Origin: Lingula anatina
Taxonomy: Eukaryota; Animalia; Brachiopoda
Length of the DNA stretch: 64,000 bases
Assembly (NCBI GenBank): GCA_051362555.1
Contig: CM120640.1
Span: 30,461,967 to 30,525,966, forward strand
Direction of reading: 5' to 3'
How positions within the stretch are numbered: the stretch's first letter is position 1; each line of letters begins with the position of its first letter. Shown here piece by piece: positions 1 through 12,969 of this stretch. The notes under the pieces were generated by a model. It did no database searches. It had not been told where the DNA came from and was given only the letters and a program-made list of their open reading frames with translations. The position numbers and the translations under genes were made by a program.

Positions 1-1080
1 AGCGAAGGCGGCTTAGATATTAAGTATACGAATATCGTAATTTCAGCCATATCAATATAATGTTTTAAGAAACCAATGTTAGGTATTTGGTGATAAGTTA
101 CTTGTGATTTATTTTTGAAAAGTATTTTGACACCCGTTTGTTTAAAAGTGGTTTTGACTATTTCCCAACATTTTCCCCACGTAGGCCTACCATTTATTTT
201 CTCCTTTACTTCAACTCATCACGTCTCATAAAACAAAGGAAGATGCAGTTGCACTTCTTGTTCAGTATTTTGACCTTCTTCGGTAGAAATAGTAGTGGTA
301 GTGGAAGTTTACCGTGAGAAATGGCCAAGGAGGGAAAAATGGTGTGAAATGTCTTGTGAGGGTCTGGCTATTGACATGTTGATATTTACACGTACCCGGT
401 AGTGAGCGGTTGGTAGTGGAATTATAAAATTTAATGTACACTTCCATTTCGAATATTGGCAAGATTTCATAAATTAATATATAATATTTCATTGCATTAA
501 AATGTGTGAGCTAAATTGAAGTTGTATTGATTTCTGCGTGACATATTATAAGATCAACCTTTCAAGACATAAGGAGCGAAATGCTCAAAATGCTGTTTGG
601 AACGGATTTGAAAAGGCTTTGTCTTTTACGTGTTTTTTTTTCAATAACATTACGAATTTACGAATTAAATGTAACATATTTAAAACGTAATGATATATCA
701 GAATGCATGGTCATCAGTTTAAAACTTGCTTTATTGTATTGAAATATGTTCTATACTATCGTAGTGTCAAGTTTGTCTCACGTGACATGTAAAATGGAAC
801 TATTTGTGGTATTCTTCAGCAAGACGGCAGGGGATGACTTTCTAGTTTTAGATGGGAATTAAGTACGCAAAAATACACAAATTTTATGTCGGTTTAAAGC
901 AAAATATTTTTCTATAATATTCAGAATTCTGTAATATTGGGTTTCACCTAAATTACCAAGGGACACATTACCGAAATCGCTGATAAATTCTACAAGTCCG
1001 TTGTCGAATTCTTAATTTCTCTTTTTACCAGCGTGAGTGTCTTCTTCAGTCCGATTCTCAAAACTGACTGAAATCTAGAA

Positions 1081-1116
1081 TATATATATATAAATAATAT
1101 ATATATATATATATAT
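1081..1116. repeat. (TA)n microsatellite, interrupted
   Basis: tatatatatataaataatatatatatatatatatat read directly. Confidence 0.9.
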
Positions 1117-1939
1117 CGACTGACGCTCATTGTGTGTCTCTCTGTTAATGTTCAGGTGAGAAAAAAGGATTGTCTCTTGAAATTTGCTGTCTTGTTGAGT
1201 AAGAGATGTCATTTTACGAATCAAGATCAATTATTTTGTGTCACAAGTGAAGTATGTAGAATAAAGAAATTTCCATTTGAGAAAAATTTCCATTTGAGAA
1301 ATATCCCTTCTTGAAAAGCTGATTTCGTACATGTAAATGCCCTTCATATGATGGAGAAGAAACTACTTTCGTGTTTTACTTATCTCTGAACGTATAGTTC
1401 TTACAATGTAAAATATGACACGTTTTATCATGAAAAATAACTGATATTTTTGCCATTAATCTGTTAAACAAATCCATGTTCCGCGTAAAGATGAAGGGAC
1501 CATTTATGTGATTGAAAATTATTTCATTTTTCAAATTTAATTGTTTTAAGCAATTTTCTCTAACCAGCATCTTTCCTTCTATTGACCAGATGATGCAGAA
1601 ATTAGGGATATTTTTTCGTCTTTTGTTTTTGTCATTAAGAAAAAACATAAGACCATTAGTGTGGTAGATAGTTTATTTGTCAAGTCAAATATATAAGAAT
1701 GTTATATTTTTACACTTGTTGAATTTAAATACAGACATAGTAATATTATACTATAATATCATAATATTCTTTTAGTTACTAGAACGCTTTTTAACTTGTA
1801 GTAATAAAAAGACTGAAGACAATGATATTTTACAGATATGTCTTATAAACAATCGAATACTGAGTACATAAGAGCAATCTGTATTTCTCTGAATAAAAAA
1901 CTTATTAAATATACCAAACGTCATAGTGTTTTTACTGAT

Positions 1940-1993
1940 GGCTACATGACTCAGTGGTAGCCTGGGGTTGGGGTTCGATTCCTGGCTCGGGCA
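1940..1993 (+). mobile_element. tRNA-derived SINE head or tRNA pseudogene fragment, internally deleted
   Basis: A-box-like TGACTCAGTGG and B-box GGTTCGATTCC followed by tggctcggg. The spacing is too short for a full cloverleaf. Confidence 0.5.
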
Positions 1994-2072
1994 CTTTGGA
2001 ATTACAAAGGGAGTGCTATCAAAATTTTCCTTTGGTTACTATAAGAAGAAAGTCTACCCGGGGAGGGTGGGT

Positions 2073-2147
2073 GGGAACAGTTAGAGGAGTAGGTAACGCG
2101 CTTGCCTCTCAGACAGAAGGTCGCCAGTTCGATTCCTGGCGCTTCTA
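2073..2147 (+). pseudogene. degenerate tRNA-like sequence (tRNA pseudogene or SINE head)
   Basis: About 75 nt with A-box-like TAGAGGAGTAGG and T-arm GCCAG-TTCGATTC-CTGGC. Acceptor and anticodon stems pair poorly. Confidence 0.5.
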
Positions 2148-4311
2148 GGTCCCAGCAAATTACCTTTTGCAAAAATAAACTCAAGTAAACAATTTAGACT
2201 ACTACAAGAGGGTCATACGAATAAGGAAAAGCAAGTTGAGGCAGTGGCTCAATAGGTAAGGCGACAGACGAAGAAGACGACTGACTAAGTTGATAACCAA
2301 AGGTTCGAGTTGAGCTGAAGAAAAGAGTCGGGAATGATGATGTGACATTTTACAAATTTTGAAACTACATCTATTACAGCTTTTATGTACGTTTATTAAA
2401 ACAAATGCAAGCAATTCCACAATACAGATCTATGCAAAACCCATACATTACGTTTTGGCTCTACATAAAAAGTAATTTTCATAACGACTTCGCATTTCGA
2501 GATGTAAATCAAGCTTAAATACAACTATCTACAACTAAATGTGTCGGAGGTTCTATGCATTTTGAAAATTGTCGTTTAAGAACAATTGTTTTGGTTTTTT
2601 AACAAGTGTCCAAGAACACTGCATACGAGACCACATAATACTGACCAGAACAAGAAATTATCAGGTTTTTTGCTGCGACTTAAAAGAGAAAGTTGAAGAT
2701 TTGAAGTGAAGTATTTTACAGCCATTGACATTGGTGTATTCGTCTTTTGACTGATCCAAAATTTCAACGAGGGACATTTTTATCCAAATTCAAAGGTGGT
2801 ATCAAATTGAAAATTCAAAATGCATATGATCTCACGTAAGCGTTACCCCCACACGCGGGTACACACTCATGACACCACAACTTCCTCTATGTCGCCATGC
2901 TGATGATCACACACAACACCAAACAGCAGTCAAACATTATTCAATTATGTAAATTTGATGAGTGCTTTTCTCATCGATAAATAATATGTACCTCATATTT
3001 TGCGTCATCTTTAGGATTTTGCTGGCATTTCGAGTGAACACTTAAATTTATGCGTCGTGCAAATCAAGAACAGCATGAAGACATGGTCAGTTTACAACCT
3101 TATCCCAGTCATGGTCATTTTAAGAACAATATGTAAACAAAATTGAAAAGGTTATGCAAAAACAAGTCTAGTTTACTCAAAATAACAAATCACATTTACT
3201 CAGAAAATGCTAATAAACTCAAAGATCTCTGGTGTTCAGTGATCAAAAAACACTCAGTAAAAATAACCCAACAGCATGTGCAGGACTGGCACCTAATCAG
3301 GCCTTTTGTTCTCAATCACCCCTTGATCCCGACTGAATTATAGAATTAAGAATGTGCCAAGTACAAGATCAACATTAAATAAAACGCTGACCTTCCAATT
3401 TTGTGTAAAACTTACTCTAGCCAATCAAAGTGTCATTTTTCTGATAGTATTTTGATTTTTCATATTTGATTAGACAAAAAAATCACAAAAGAAAAGATTT
3501 TTAGACGATAAGTCAGTTAATTGGCAATTAACAGAAAAAAAATCATGTTTTAGAGGATTGACAAAAGTTGAGTCTACAAAAGTTCGTTTAATTACTAGGA
3601 AATACCCATTACCCCCAAAACAGAGCTTGTAGTTTTTGATACGAGTTTGATAAGGATTTTTCAAAATTTCAAGTTGTAAAAGATGCGATAAATGCCAGTC
3701 CTACATATACATTTTAATTGACAAAAGACGCAAAAGGAAACACTTCCTACTATTCACCGTTTCTCTTTGTGAACAGTTCCGCTATGTAATGAAGGTAAAA
3801 GTTAATTGTCCTTTTTTAACAACAAAAACTTATCAATTTCGAAAGGAAAAACTAACTCGACCCCTGGTTTGATTTTCTGAAAACAAAAACATCTTTACCC
3901 CCTCCCAGCAATAAAACTATGGGTCTATCACTGATCAGACATACTACTAGTATATCAAAACACCGGGATCCAAAAGAAGTTTATTCTTACCATGCGTCAT
4001 AACCGCATATTCACAATTCTAGAAAGACCCTATAAAGACGTTTTAATACGTGTGGGCAATTCTGCCAAAACTTGAGCACATTTTACAATTTTATACTGCC
4101 GTTAATTCTTAATTGCATAATTTGGATCACAACGTTTACAATTTATTGTAGATTTTTTCATTGAACCCATAATAAAATGCCTGTATGCATTTTACGTAAT
4201 GAAGTTGCGACTATTTTTTTCTAAAGTTAGCTTCATTAAAATCAATATTTGTATCCAATTTAATATGAATAAACGTGCATTTTCGTGTCTTCTTACCTAG
4301 TTGCCCACACA

Positions 4312-4793
4312 CAGGGCCGTAGCCTCCGGGGGGGGGGGGGGGGCAGGGGGGGCGGGGGGGGGGGGGCAGTTGCCCCCCCCGGGATTTGAGGTGCAAAAAA
4401 ATAATCGCAAAGGTGAATAAAAATAATTGCAAAGTTGGTATCAATTCTGTGAGAAAATGCGCTGATGGCCACTAGACAATCATTCAACAATCTGTTTACA
4501 AAGGTGTACTGTTTTTAGACAATCTACGAAATGAAGTACAATTGGCATGTTGTGTTGAAAAAATGACTGTACCTATGGCAAAATGAACCCACAATTTCTG
4601 ACTTCTGATTTAGCAATAAATAACAGTTATAATGCACCAGAATTCAGTATTATACATACAGTTTTTTAAAAATTTCCACGCTGTGGGAGGGGGACCCCCC
4701 CCCACACACACACACACCCTCCCCCCTCGGGGGCTTCGCCCCCTTGTGTCCGCTTACTGCCCCCCCTGGCATTTTGCTCAGACTACGGCCCTG
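4312..4793. mobile_element. non-autonomous DNA transposon (MITE-like) with CAGGGCCGTAG termini
   Basis: Left end cagggccgtagc; right end gactacggccctg (reverse complement cagggccgtagtc). G/C-run subtermini ggggggcagt and actgccccccc are also inverted. Flanks gcccacaca and actcacaca match at 7/9, a possible decayed TSD. Confidence 0.75.
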
Positions 4794-7129
4794 ACTCACA
4801 CAAAATTTTACAATGAAATATTAAACCGGTAGTACTAGCACAGTGCTCTACCTGCACATCACTTGATGATAATTTTACAACAATTAATTTTATTTTCATA
4901 GATCACTTAAGCAAGTCATTTTTTGTTTAAGGATAACTTCAAAAGTGTTCGGGAACTGGTGGGCATGAACAAAAAATAAATAAATCACAATGAAAACATC
5001 GTGTGCGGATAGAGTACTGTACTACAACTTATTTACACATGTATAATAATAAGCGAGCGACGTGCAGGGTTGACGCTTGGATTTAGTCAATTTTATTAGA
5101 AGTTTCATGAATAAAACATTTGTTGCACGCTGCACTTCATTCGATACACGTTTTGATGCAGAAAATTACAATCCAAAGCAAACATTGCATTTCAAACCAA
5201 ATCAAATGTCAGCCCTGCAAGTTGACTATACGACAAACGCAAGACAACGTTGACATGGGTGCGGGCGCTGGCGAACACGAATCTGACGTCTTTTCTGGGA
5301 GTGCGTCTAATCTCAACGTAGACGGTTGTTACGAGACACTGAAATTAAATGAAAAATGAAATAAATTAAACAAAATCCATGTGAGAGAAAAATTATCTAG
5401 TGAAATACAATCTTCATACCGACCCTTTTTGGTATGTATTAAGAGATATAAAAGTCACATTATATATATATAAGAATAGATATATCCTCGGTATATTGAA
5501 CCTACACGTTCTATACAATGACATCATTACTATTGCATACCCTGTACACACTGTTACACGTCAACATACTAATATTTATATTTATCTATCTTTGCTAAGC
5601 CATATCCCTCCACAAGGAGTATTGTGATGGAGACTGCATATTTGCCCACATAGATAATTTTATCATAAAAACAGAAAACCGGCCGTAAAATCACGCTGCT
5701 CTGTATACCAACTATTACAAAAGATAATGATGTTTGGACTTTATATAAAGATGTTTGGACTTTATATATTTGCGGAATTAAAAGTAGATAAATGTTAACA
5801 TTTTACAGAAAGCCTAGTTTTGATAAAGATAACTCTGGATTTTGTAAATGCGGGGATCAGGGTTACAATGTAGTAATATAAAATTGTTTCAGTTCCGTAG
5901 GATAACATAAAACACTGGTCAATGACAATTAACATGTTGTTTATAGGGCACAAGGATGCAGAAAGTGTTTGGTTTTTGTCTTGTTTTATTTATGCATTAT
6001 ATTGCTTATTTTGTGAGTAGTCTGACATAAATTCAGCATTTTATTGCTACATGTGCTTATTAAAACCACTTCGCTTTTATAGACAGAAAAAGAATGATTT
6101 TACCAATTACTTGATTCCAATTCAGCCACTTAATTAATTTTGTAATCCAAACACTAGAATTTTAGCTCTATTTCTTTTAAAATCAGATACTTTGTTCGAG
6201 CATTTTATTCCCGATTGTAAAATCAAGGATGGAATGAAATTGAATCATGAAAATTGAAGTCAAGGGAGGTCGACAGTGTCTAGCAAATGTACGTTTGCTT
6301 TCCTGGTCGAGGTTAGTTCTCTAGAAAACCACTGGTTTGTTGTCAGTTTACTTTAATAAACAGGATAATTTTGTACAAACCGCTGTCGTAAGATAAAAAA
6401 AGGCACCCATTGGGAGCTGAGAATGCACCGATAGTTACCTGCTTTGTCGCCTTGCTTTGTTTAAGACGTAATAACGCGTTCAGACCTTTGGACGGCTGGG
6501 ATAATCTTTTCACTTCTTTATGAGCAAATACTTTTTTTCTGGAAAAGGCAACATAAAAAGTTATTTAACTTTTCAAGCTCATTTCGGCATTCATGTCAAT
6601 GAAATATACCCAAGAACAATTACCCCTGAAGTGGGAAATGCATACTTTTTGACAAAATATCGTCAACATAAACCGATCAGTGTTGCCTTATGTCATCTAT
6701 ACAGTACTTACAACAAACTATATCAGTTCTCAGTGCCAAAATTTCAGTTTACGTGTGGAAATTGTGACAATGTGGCATATAAAGCTTCTTCCTCTTCCTC
6801 CTGACCTTGGCCCTTTCTGAATACCTCTCACCAAATGCTCACCTGGTTACATAACAGTATCACTGTCGTGGGATTGTGTTAGAGAAGACACATTGTTGTT
6901 TTCCCTCAATCTAAAACGCTACCATCAGGTTATTATACAAACAAGCCATTTTGTTTTGCCTATAGACTTTCATCCCAAATGAATGAGGTTATTTCCAATT
7001 AAAACATGAATGAGACTGTTTTAAGACTAGAAGAATTACAAGGCACAAAACCATAGACATAAATATTTTGCACTCTGAACTTGACCAAACGATTACCAAA
7101 TCAACAGAGTGCCTAGGAGGCAGAATATA

Positions 7130-7431
7130 AGGCGCCATTCAGAATATATGATCCCAGTACTATCTGATCCGCCGACTAAATATGGCCGACCACACTTCAA
7201 AGGTTCTAGAGATGTCGCTGATTCCTAATGACCTCCCCGCCTCTACAAGCACCATGAAATGGATCAAATCTTGGCTCCGAGGTTTAATTGCTAGGCTCCT
7301 GCAGCGACGGCGCATGTGGAGGCGGGGAGACCATCCAGAAACAGCGGCACCTCTTTTGAAGTGTGGTCGGCCATATTAACTGAAGTCAGCGGATCAGTTA
7401 GTACTCGAATCATCTGTTTTGAATGGGGCCT
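7130..7431. mobile_element. ~300-bp MITE with ~75-bp imperfect terminal inverted repeats
   Basis: Left aggcgccattcagaatatatgatcccagtactatctgatccgccgact..aatatggccgaccacacttcaaa matches the reverse complement of the right end (aggccccattcaaaacagatgattcgagtactaactgatccgctgact..aatatggccgaccacacttcaaa). Flanked by TA on both sides; the superfamily is uncertain. Confidence 0.85.
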
Positions 7432-8339
7432 TAGTGAGGAGTGAGGTTAACCACTGAGAAAGTAACAATAACGCAGGAGGGGGGGGGGTCGACGAAAAAT
7501 TACGCGCATGGAACTGTGCATCAATTGAGTGGTGTCTCAGCCCTCGGATATAAACGGCGCAGCAAAGACGTTCTTGTTTGTCTGAATTTCATTGTGACAC
7601 CTGTGATGATAAATGTTTATGTATCAATCTGTTTGAATGTAAAGTTTATATGCACAAACGCGAAAACGACTATGAGTTTTTGTTTTCATCATCCATTACA
7701 TCCAGCTATTTTTCTTTGTGAATACATTTTAATGAATTACAGGTTCTTAGCTCAGACGTCTCCTCAAGTTCACCTTGCCAGTTTTGTTAAATGCCGCTGC
7801 TAACGCGTTCCTGGAAAATGCTAACTTTTAGGTGACTTCCTTTTTAATCATAATCTCCAAACACCTTTTCATTTCAGAGCTTAATGATTTTAGGTTATAT
7901 TTGCTTTGCATTTTTACCTCTCTATATAAGGAGGAGTTCTTCCAGCTTTTCCTCCAAATTCGTGGTTTGATATTTTGATATGAAAACCCAAAATTTAAAG
8001 TTGTTTTGCTAAAACAGAAGTAGAAGCAGTCTACAAGCGTCTGTCTCGGTAGATCTTAGTTATTTTATTTATATGTAAAATTTGGCTATGGCGTATTGTC
8101 AGATCAATTTTACTTCTAGGTTCAAGTCAGAAGATCATATATTAATGCTGATTTCTCTTCAAAAACGAGCTAAAAATAGGTATGCCACCTGCCAAAATTA
8201 GTTCTTGAACAAAGTAACCATGGTAGATCGTAATTCATTATTTAAGTTACATGTAAAATATGGCCATAATTTATTGTCAGATCAGTTTTACTTCCAGGTT
8301 TAAGTAAGAAGATCATATAATATTGGTAATTTCTATTAA

Positions 8340-8924
8340 ACTAGACAGCAAAGCTGGCAAATATACAGACACCATACAGGAAACAAAGCAGCAAAGCTGA
8401 CAAACGTTCAGACACTACACAGAAAAAAAAGTGCACCAAATAATATTTTGGCCAATTTTGATGCACTGCTACATAATACTTAAAAGCAGCATAATCACTC
8501 TTACCCTCTTACATTATTTACTACAGGTAACAGGGACATTGAAAAGCTACCAAATGATTCAGTTCCATGGGATATAAAAGCCACTGAAAATGCTAATATG
8601 TGAAAAATAAAAAAATTCACACAAAAAAATAATAATTACCATAAATGTAAACAGATCTTGGCTATTTTCAAAGTAACCTGGCTCTTTACCAAACAAAGCC
8701 ACTCAGTACATCTAGAGTAAAACAAAAATACAGTTCGGCAGTTATGGGGCAAACATCACAAAAATTGTGCAAAAAATTTAAAAAAAAGTAGAACCATAAA
8801 TGTAAACCAATCATGCTGATTTTCCAAACCAACCTGTCTCTTTACCAAACAAAGCCACTCAGTGAAATAAAAGTAAAACAAAAATACGCTTCAAGAATTA
8901 TGGGTTGAATGCCACATAAACTGT

Positions 8925-8990
<66 letters not shown>

Positions 8991-9188
8991 AGAATAATTA
9001 TCATAAATGTAAACCAACCATGGCGATTTTCAAAAGCAACCTGCCTCTTTACCAAAAAAGCCACTCGGTTAATTAAAAGTAAAACAAAAATACGGTTTGA
9101 AAGTTATGGGGTGAACTTCAGCAACAACGACGGCACAAACAAACAGACCAGTCAGAATATATACAGACATTTACAGTGTCTGTATATA
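8340..9188 (-). mobile_element. non-autonomous Helentron-associated element (HINE/DINE-1-like) with internal tandem core repeats
   Basis: On the minus strand: 5' subTIR ATATACAGACAC (9176-9187) with an adjacent inverted copy (9157-9169), a short GTTT/GTCT-like tract, and three ~155-bp core repeats (ataaatgtaa at 8641, 8796, 9003). The 3' subTIR is at 8361-8372, followed by hairpin CAGC-TTT-GCTG and a CTAGT end, inserted in a T run. Confidence 0.8.
8927..8989. repeat. poly(A) tract of about 63 nt inside a HINE core repeat
   Basis: Direct reading. It replaces the short A run after tgtgc seen in the neighbouring core unit. Confidence 0.9.
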
Positions 9189-10056
9189 AAAATGAGCTGC
9201 AAAAATAGATAGGCAATGCCACCTGCCAAAATTAGCCCTTGACTACACCTTACTAATGTATGTATCGTCTGTCATAGTAGATCTTAGGTATTAAATTTAT
9301 ATGTAAAATATGCTTATGACTTGTCAGATGACAATTACTGCTATGTTTATCAGGTACTTAATTGTTACTACAATGTTACACAAACAAAGAACATTCCAAG
9401 ATTGAAAAAATGGTTAATTTACAAAGATTTATTGTGAAACAAATTTTCCTTTGCTCAGTACAAAAACAATGTCTATTCATTAGAATTACATGTAGTTGGA
9501 ATGAACAATATATGCAATTTACAGTTAAATTGAACACAAGCAATCATAGGGTACAAACAGATAACATCCAATTAATATCAAACAAATTTGAAAACCTACT
9601 GATGCAAACTGCCTTTCCCACCTGCTAGTGTAAATTAAGTAAGATCAAAGGAAATGTTTCAGTCCTTTGATACTAGTGGTTTGTTATATTCAGTCTCTGT
9701 TTATGCTGTCCTTGGTACAGTGATCAGTCTCAAAAGATTTCCAAACAGCAGTGGTTTATAGTTTATATCCAACACCTCAAACATATTGTTCATAATATCC
9801 TTTGCACTGGTATGATTAATAAAGAGTATTCAAATCCATTTCATAAACAAATTCCTTTCAACATTTACACTTTATCAAGGTCATAAATATACAGATAGGC
9901 ATGTGCTGAATTGGATATATTTGCAGTAATTGTATCAATTATAGCTAGTATATGATAGGCCTCTATGATAGGCCTCTAAGCAGATATAAAGTAGATACTG
10001 GAACCACAATGCAAATGGCTGAATGCACATATTACTGTTCAGAAGACATATCTTAC

Positions 10057-10216
10057 AAAGTTTGACTTTAACACTGATCCAAACTGTCTGCCACCCAAGT
10101 TATTTCTTCAGAACTTTCATTCCACCTTCTTACTGAAATACTACTACATTCTTTCCTTTCTTTGCCTCATACTATCTCTTGTACTTTGCTTGAGACTTTT
10201 CAACTTTCTTCTTGTA
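10057..10216 (-). pseudogene. integrase exon E (region before the GPY/F motif)
   Basis: ttttcag|YKKKVEKSQAKYKR*YEAKKGKNVVVFQ*EGGMKVLKK* resembles the AQ.KQK..YD..F..GD.VL motif of Gypsy-like integrases. The 3' boundary (gtaaga) is tentative. Confidence 0.6.
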
Positions 10217-10609
10217 CTGAAAATATATAGTTTATAGAAATTGTATTAAATAGGGTATGTTTCAGTATAAATGGGAGAAGCAAAGTTCAAGTTTTTGCCA
10301 TATAAACTTATACTGTGCACAGAGCCAGCAGGATAAATGAAGTTAGCCCCAGAAATTACAATACTGAACCTGCTGCCATCACTATTCTGTTGACACATTT
10401 TTACAAAATTTTCTAAATGTTGCAATATTTTTATGAACAGATTACGTGTGACATCTTTTTTTTCTATAAAACTTGTGTGAAACCAAATATTGCTCAATGT
10501 AAGGGGCTACTCTTTAATCTTGCATGGACCAAAATAAAATATAAAAAAAAAATTAAGAAATTAATAGCATATTCAGAGGAAGTTGAACATGTAAGTCCCA
10601 CATGCATAC

Positions 10610-10708
10610 CTTAGCGTGTAACTCAGTAAGTTGCTGGTGTTGGAATTCCACCTGCACATTACAGTCTTCTTTGCTGGGCATTGTCACTTCTTTCTCTATG
10701 TACCTCAA
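10610..10708 (-). pseudogene. integrase exon D (linker)
   Basis: ttttgcag|LRYIEKEVTMPSKEDCNVQVEFQHQQLTELHAK|gtatgc; 99 nt, phase 0 at both ends, in frame with exons C and E. Confidence 0.65.
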
Positions 10709-11224
10709 CTGCAAAATCAGAAAATTAATGATCAAAAATGAACAAAATCAATTATGTTTATTAATTAATCCACATCTTAAGGTGCCAATACACTCATTAT
10801 TGTTTTGATGAAATATAAGAATTTCATTTGTACATAATATGCCTGCAATGCAAAGGTAGACAAGATCAAGATTCATCATCCCTATGATCATAAAAGCAAA
10901 ATGCATTTTATATTTAAGGGGCCTTGGGCTGTTTTTTATGCCAAAATATAATCAACAGTCCTTAAGGTCTGGCCAGAATATACACCTAAAAATGCTATTT
11001 TTTAGAGTATAAAATATTAGGAGTATGTTACCCTTATAAACCCCCATATTCCCAAAGTAATTACTTTTGGGTCTGCTATCTTAATATGCCTTGTCATCAT
11101 GCCATGATTTGAACATAGCTCTGGCCTTAGTCTGCTCAAATGATGTTTTGGAACAAATATAGGACACCAACAAGCTCACAAGGACAGTGTTCTTGCATAA
11201 TGCATCTGTATGCATACTATTTAC

Positions 11225-11484
11225 CTTGCATGGCAGCCGAGCCTCCCTGTTGAACATCAGGAAAAAAGAACAGTATCCAGTGGCGCAGTTTTGTGCTGTA
11301 CGATATGCAAAGGTCACTGCTCCAGATATACCTTTCACAGTCATTCTACCTCTCATTAGTGACTTTTGAGAGTGACACTTTTGAGTGTTTGGTAAAACCG
11401 CTCATCTAACTCATTTGTCTGTGGGTGGTGCACAGCTATAATCTTGTGTTTGATTCCCCACTCTTTCAGAAGGTCATCTAACAG
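11225..11484 (-). pseudogene. integrase exon C (HPQTN..ER catalytic E; FAYRT..LMF.R.ARLP)
   Basis: Acceptor tttctgtag and donor AAG|gtaaat. The reading frame shifts between QTLKS and SGAVTFAYRT. Confidence 0.85.
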
Positions 11485-11943
11485 CTACAGAAATAAAATA
11501 TTTGATGTTAAAATGGATAAATATGTATTTCGGCAATTCAATTTTTGCACTGGGAGACGTTATGCACATCTTTCCAAATACATTGTATTTGCTTCTATTG
11601 ATGCAAAGAGTAAGACTTTTCATGCACAATTGCTGCCCTCCTTGAAAGTTGTTCAGTCCACTCCATGGTTATAGGGATATCATAACTCAATAAGACAATT
11701 AAATAGTGTGGCACTCCTAGTATGAAAAGTAATAACCCTGAGATGTTACATGTCCATCTCACCTCAGCATTGCAAGCTTCAGACATCTGTCTCCGTCTGA
11801 CTGCTTTATTCCATGTACACATCACTAATAGTCACTTTTGTATTGCATGTACTGACCCTATGTAAACCATTAGCATATATACATAGTTCTAAAGTATCCC
11901 ATTGTATAGAGACCACAATAAAGGAGGGCCTTCCATAGCCCTT

Positions 11944-11997
11944 CAGTAGTAGTAATAGGAGGAGCAGTAGTAGTAGCTGTAGCAGTTGTAGGAGCAG
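11944..11997. repeat. imperfect (AGN)n trinucleotide tract
   Basis: cagtagtagtaataggaggagcagtagtagtagctgtagcagttgtaggagcag. Confidence 0.7.
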
Positions 11998-12420
11998 TGA
12001 CGCTGAAATAAAAATCTGGGAGAAACTAAAGGAGTGTTGTGTTCTTCACTGGCTGTGCAAGGGATATAAAAAATTCCAAAGAATTGCCCATGTATGAAAA
12101 TTATATTTAAAAACATAATCCTACTTAGTCATTTTCTACTGTATTAAACAGTTTACATTGATAATAAAAATGGTTATAATTGAGCAGAGTAGGCTTCCAA
12201 TATTACACATGCTCTAAACTGATTAGTACAGAAATAGATATCACTGGTAATCAGTTACACATTCACAAGCATGCCAACAAAATTGAAGCCAATATTCACC
12301 GTAAAACCTTTATCATATTTGGCATTAATAAAGGGTTGGTGATTGTATCCTTTCCAGTTTCCAATTTATGCCAAAGACTTACTAATTCTTAATTCATATT
12401 ACAAATTTTGAGACATTTAA

Positions 12421-12475
12421 CTCATTACAAAATTCTGATCCCTGGTCAGTCAGCAATGTTTTGGGGGCACCCATT
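12421..12475 (-). pseudogene. integrase exon B (second catalytic D, TDQG)
   Basis: Acceptor ttttctttttttctcag|A, then MGAPKTLLTDQGSEFCNE. The donor reads GAG|ttaaat. Confidence 0.85.
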
Positions 12476-12969
12476 CTGAGAAAAAAAGAAAACATCACTT
12501 TAACTTTACCACATAAATATAGGTTAAACAACAAACATTGTATGAAGCATATATTTGTCTAGCGACAGGTGTGGCAGGTATTGAATTAGTTAAGTTTAAT
12601 ACCACCTATTAAACTAATTTCATTATTATCATCTGTACTACAGTATCTTCCACAGACTTCCAATCCATGAGACAAATATGTGATTCATCCAAAAAATTTC
12701 CAACCTATTTAATGTTTTCACACATTTTCTTCAACCTAACAATATAACATATGCACAGAGCTATTCATTTTCAAAAAAGCATGTGTTATTTAGGATGGAG
12801 TAAACAGACACTTGTCACTTGAAAGAATGTCAACGGCATAGTGATACAAATTACTTTTAAATACAAAGTCTTTCAAATGAATTATATTTGACTTACAATT
12901 ATAAATGTATAATTATTTACTGCTTTCACAATGAATCCTCCAGATTACATTTCAGTGAAATGAACATAA

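Larger units (their letters stand above)
8049..9340. repeat. old degenerate ~175-bp tandem repeat (about 3 units) split by the Helentron-like insertion
   Basis: gtagatc...tgtaaaat...tgtcagat occurs at ~8049, ~8223 and ~9278. aaaaa.gagct...atgccacctgccaaaattag occurs at ~8161 and ~9188. Confidence 0.7.

Noticed and set aside
4211-4490. Proline-rich ORFs
   Set aside because: They derive from the G-run subterminus of the MITE-like element.
5063-5219. 12-bp inverted pair tgcagggttgac / gtcagccctgca as a small MITE
   Set aside because: The repeat is short, has no TSD and has no second copy in the window, so it cannot be supported.
262-7803. Short ORFs of 60-120 aa in the first 8 kb
   Set aside because: They show no recognisable domains or consistent exon chain, and such lengths are expected by chance.
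9620-9810. Possible further minus-strand exon of the integrase (AKDIMNNMFEVLDINYKPLLFGNLL...)
   Set aside because: It contains stops and no motif I can assign, and linkage to exon E is not demonstrable.
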